A stretch of DNA of 64,000 nucleotides, from positions 1 through 64,000 of the IMG/VR virus record IMGVR_UViG_3300006155_000013, one strand, 5' to 3'. The first letter of the stretch is position 1. Each line of letters begins with the position of its first letter. Shown here in pieces: positions 62,532 to 64,000 of the stretch. Both the position numbers and the translations under genes were made by a program. Origin of the DNA: a virus. Its lineage: Duplodnaviria; Caudoviricetes. Below the pieces are notes generated by a model, which did no database searches, was not told the DNA's origin, and worked only from the letters and a program-made list of their open reading frames with translations.

Positions 62532-64000
62532 GTGGCAGTTATTCGGGAGACCTTCGTACTGGAGGACCGGTTTTCCGCCGTGTTCTCCTCCTATCTGAAC
62601 CTGGGGCGGCAGATCGCCGCCAATATGCGGGCGGCGTCCGATACCCAGGACAGCTTCACCGCCGCCGTGGCGGAGAGCGGCGCGGCCCTGGAGGAGCTCT
62701 CCGGAGCCGGAAGCCGCACCGCCCAGGCCATGGAGCGCAGCAGCTCTGCCGCGGAGAAGATGGCCGGTTCCTCCGGCGGCGCGGCGTCGAAGCAGGAGCG
62801 GCTCAACCGGGCCATGCGCTCCGGCGCGGGGGCGGCGGACGGCCTGACAAGGAAGCTCCTGGGCCTCGCGGCGGCATATCTGAGCGTCCAGAGCGCCCAG
62901 AAGCTCCTCAGCCTCACCGACACCTGGACCCAGACCACGGCCCGGCTGGACCGGATGAACGACGGCGCGCAGACCACGCCGGAGGTCCAGGACATGATCT
63001 TCCACGCCGCCCAGCGCTCCCGGGGCGACTACCAGGACACCGCCGACATGGCGGCAAAGCTGGGCACCCTCGCCCCGGAGGCCTTCGGCTCCACGGCGGA
63101 GGTGGTGGCCTTCACCGAGCAGATCAACAAGCAGTTCGCCCTTGCGGGCACCAGCGCCCAGGGGGCTCAGGCCGCCATGCTCCAGCTTACCCAGGCTATG
63201 GCCTCCGGCGTCCTGCGGGGGGAGGAGCTCAACTCCGTCCTGGAGCAGGCCCCCACCATCACCCAGGCCATCGCCAAATACATGGGCGTGACCATCGGGG
63301 AGCTCCGGGAGCTGGCCAGCGAGGGGCAGGTCACGGCCCATGTGGTCAAAGCCGCCCTCTTCGCCGCAGCGGAGGAGACCAACGCCGCCTTTGAGGCGGT
63401 GCCGCTGACCTTCTCCCAGGCGTGGACTTTGGCGAAAAACGAGATGCTGAACGCCTTCCGGCCGGCCCTGGAGGAGCTCAGCGGCCTCCTCAACAGCGAC
63501 ATCGGGCACGATTTTCTAAACGGGCTCATCTACGCCGCGCAGATGGCGGGGAGCGCCCTCACATGGCTCATCGGCCTGGTCCGTTCCGGCGCGGAGGCGG
63601 TGCGGGAGAACTGGGAGCTGGTCTCCACAATCCTACAGTTCGCCGGGGGCGCTGTCTTGGCCCTCACGGCCATCGCTGTGGCGTCCTCTATGGCGCGGGC
63701 GGGGGCCTGGGCCCTGGAGCACTGGCGGATGCTCGCCTTTGTGGCCGCCATTGGCGCGGTCATCACCGCCATGTACGCCATGGGCATGACCAGCGAGGAG
63801 GTCTTCGCACACATCGGCGCGGGGGCGGGGTGGCTCTTCGCCCTGGGGAGCAACCTGATTGCGGACGGCTGGAACCTGATCGCGACATTTGCGGAATTCT
63901 TTGCCAACGTATTCGACAATCCCGTGGCGGCTGTAGCAAATCTGTTTTTGGGCCTGTTCAACTTCATCATGGACGTGGTCGGCACCGCCGCCGGGGCCAT
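62532..64000 (+). CDS. Tape measure protein of prophage B, 3'-partial (no stop, so absent from the track)
   Basis: GTG start after RBS GAGGAGGT; tape-measure domain A.RSRG.Y..TA, LQL.QAMASG.LRGEELNSV.EQAP. Confidence 0.92.
   Translation, partial: MAVIRETFVLEDRFSAVFSSYLNLGRQIAANMRAASDTQDSFTAAVAESGAALEELSGAGSRTAQAMERSSSAAEKMAGSSGGAASKQERLNRAMRSGAGAADGLTRKLLGLAAAYLSVQSAQKLLSLTDTWTQTTARLDRMNDGAQTTPEVQDMIFHAAQRSRGDYQDTADMAAKLGTLAPEAFGSTAEVVAFTEQINKQFALAGTSAQGAQAAMLQLTQAMASGVLRGEELNSVLEQAPTITQAIAKYMGVTIGELRELASEGQVTAHVVKAALFAAAEETNAAFEAVPLTFSQAWTLAKNEMLNAFRPALEELSGLLNSDIGHDFLNGLIYAAQMAGSALTWLIGLVRSGAEAVRENWELVSTILQFAGGAVLALTAIAVASSMARAGAWALEHWRMLAFVAAIGAVITAMYAMGMTSEEVFAHIGAGAGWLFALGSNLIADGWNLIATFAEFFANVFDNPVAAVANLFLGLFNFIMDVVGTAAGA

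Larger units (their letters stand above)
28755..64000. mobile_element. Prophage B (myovirus-like): integrase, immunity, replication, packaging, head and contractile tail; runs off the right edge
   Basis: Serine integrase and repressors on minus, early/replication genes on plus, then a second terminase, portal, capsid, sheath, tube and tape measure. Confidence 0.92.

Noticed and set aside
3744-63509. Many long minus-strand ORFs in the track (e.g. 3744-4928, 9699-10886, 18922-20391, 50272-51645, 60208-61497, 62232-63509)
   Set aside because: Antisense shadows of well-supported GC-rich genes; no RBS, biased composition, no recognisable motifs
1-64000. CRISPR array, tRNA or rRNA genes, IS elements
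   Set aside because: No regularly spaced repeat-spacer units, no cloverleaf with TTCGA T-loop context, and no transposase motifs or terminal inverted repeats seen by eye; tRNAscan-SE would be the definitive check

Overview
The window is entirely phage DNA, GC-rich and probably from a gut Clostridia (Oscillospiraceae-like) host; the host is an inference. It reads as two related temperate prophages head-to-tail. Prophage A (1 to ~28.7 kb) shows the end of its early region, an ArpU-type activator with late promoter, and a complete siphovirus late module (TerS/TerL, SPP1/A118-type portal, minor capsid-toxin fusion, GP20 scaffold, capsid, non-contractile tail, variable tail-fibre cassettes, holins, CHAP endolysin). 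A 42-bp attP-like palindrome at 28713-28754 separates it from prophage B. Prophage B carries a large serine integrase, three tandem repressor paralogues, two divergent-promoter switches, two antirepressors, a broken circularly permuted C5 methyltransferase, a Sak4/SSB/helicase/primase module, and a myovirus late module (DUF1073 portal, a second minor capsid-toxin fusion, DUF2213, DUF2184 capsid, sheath, tube, tape measure running off the end). The best candidate for an undescribed system is a family of six intergenic cassettes in B. Five have a sigma70 promoter whose -35 box overlaps the downstream gene's RBS or start and fires a ~60-85 nt antisense RNA into a hairpin, and four have (U/C)UGGC(A)G kissing-type loops. 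Other highlights: the intact attP with cross-prophage homology that could release a ~47.5 kb hybrid phage, two independent minor capsid-JAB-like toxin/immunity pairs, and an out-of-frame gene nested in the methyltransferase. Family assignments come from recognised motifs and gene order, not database searches.
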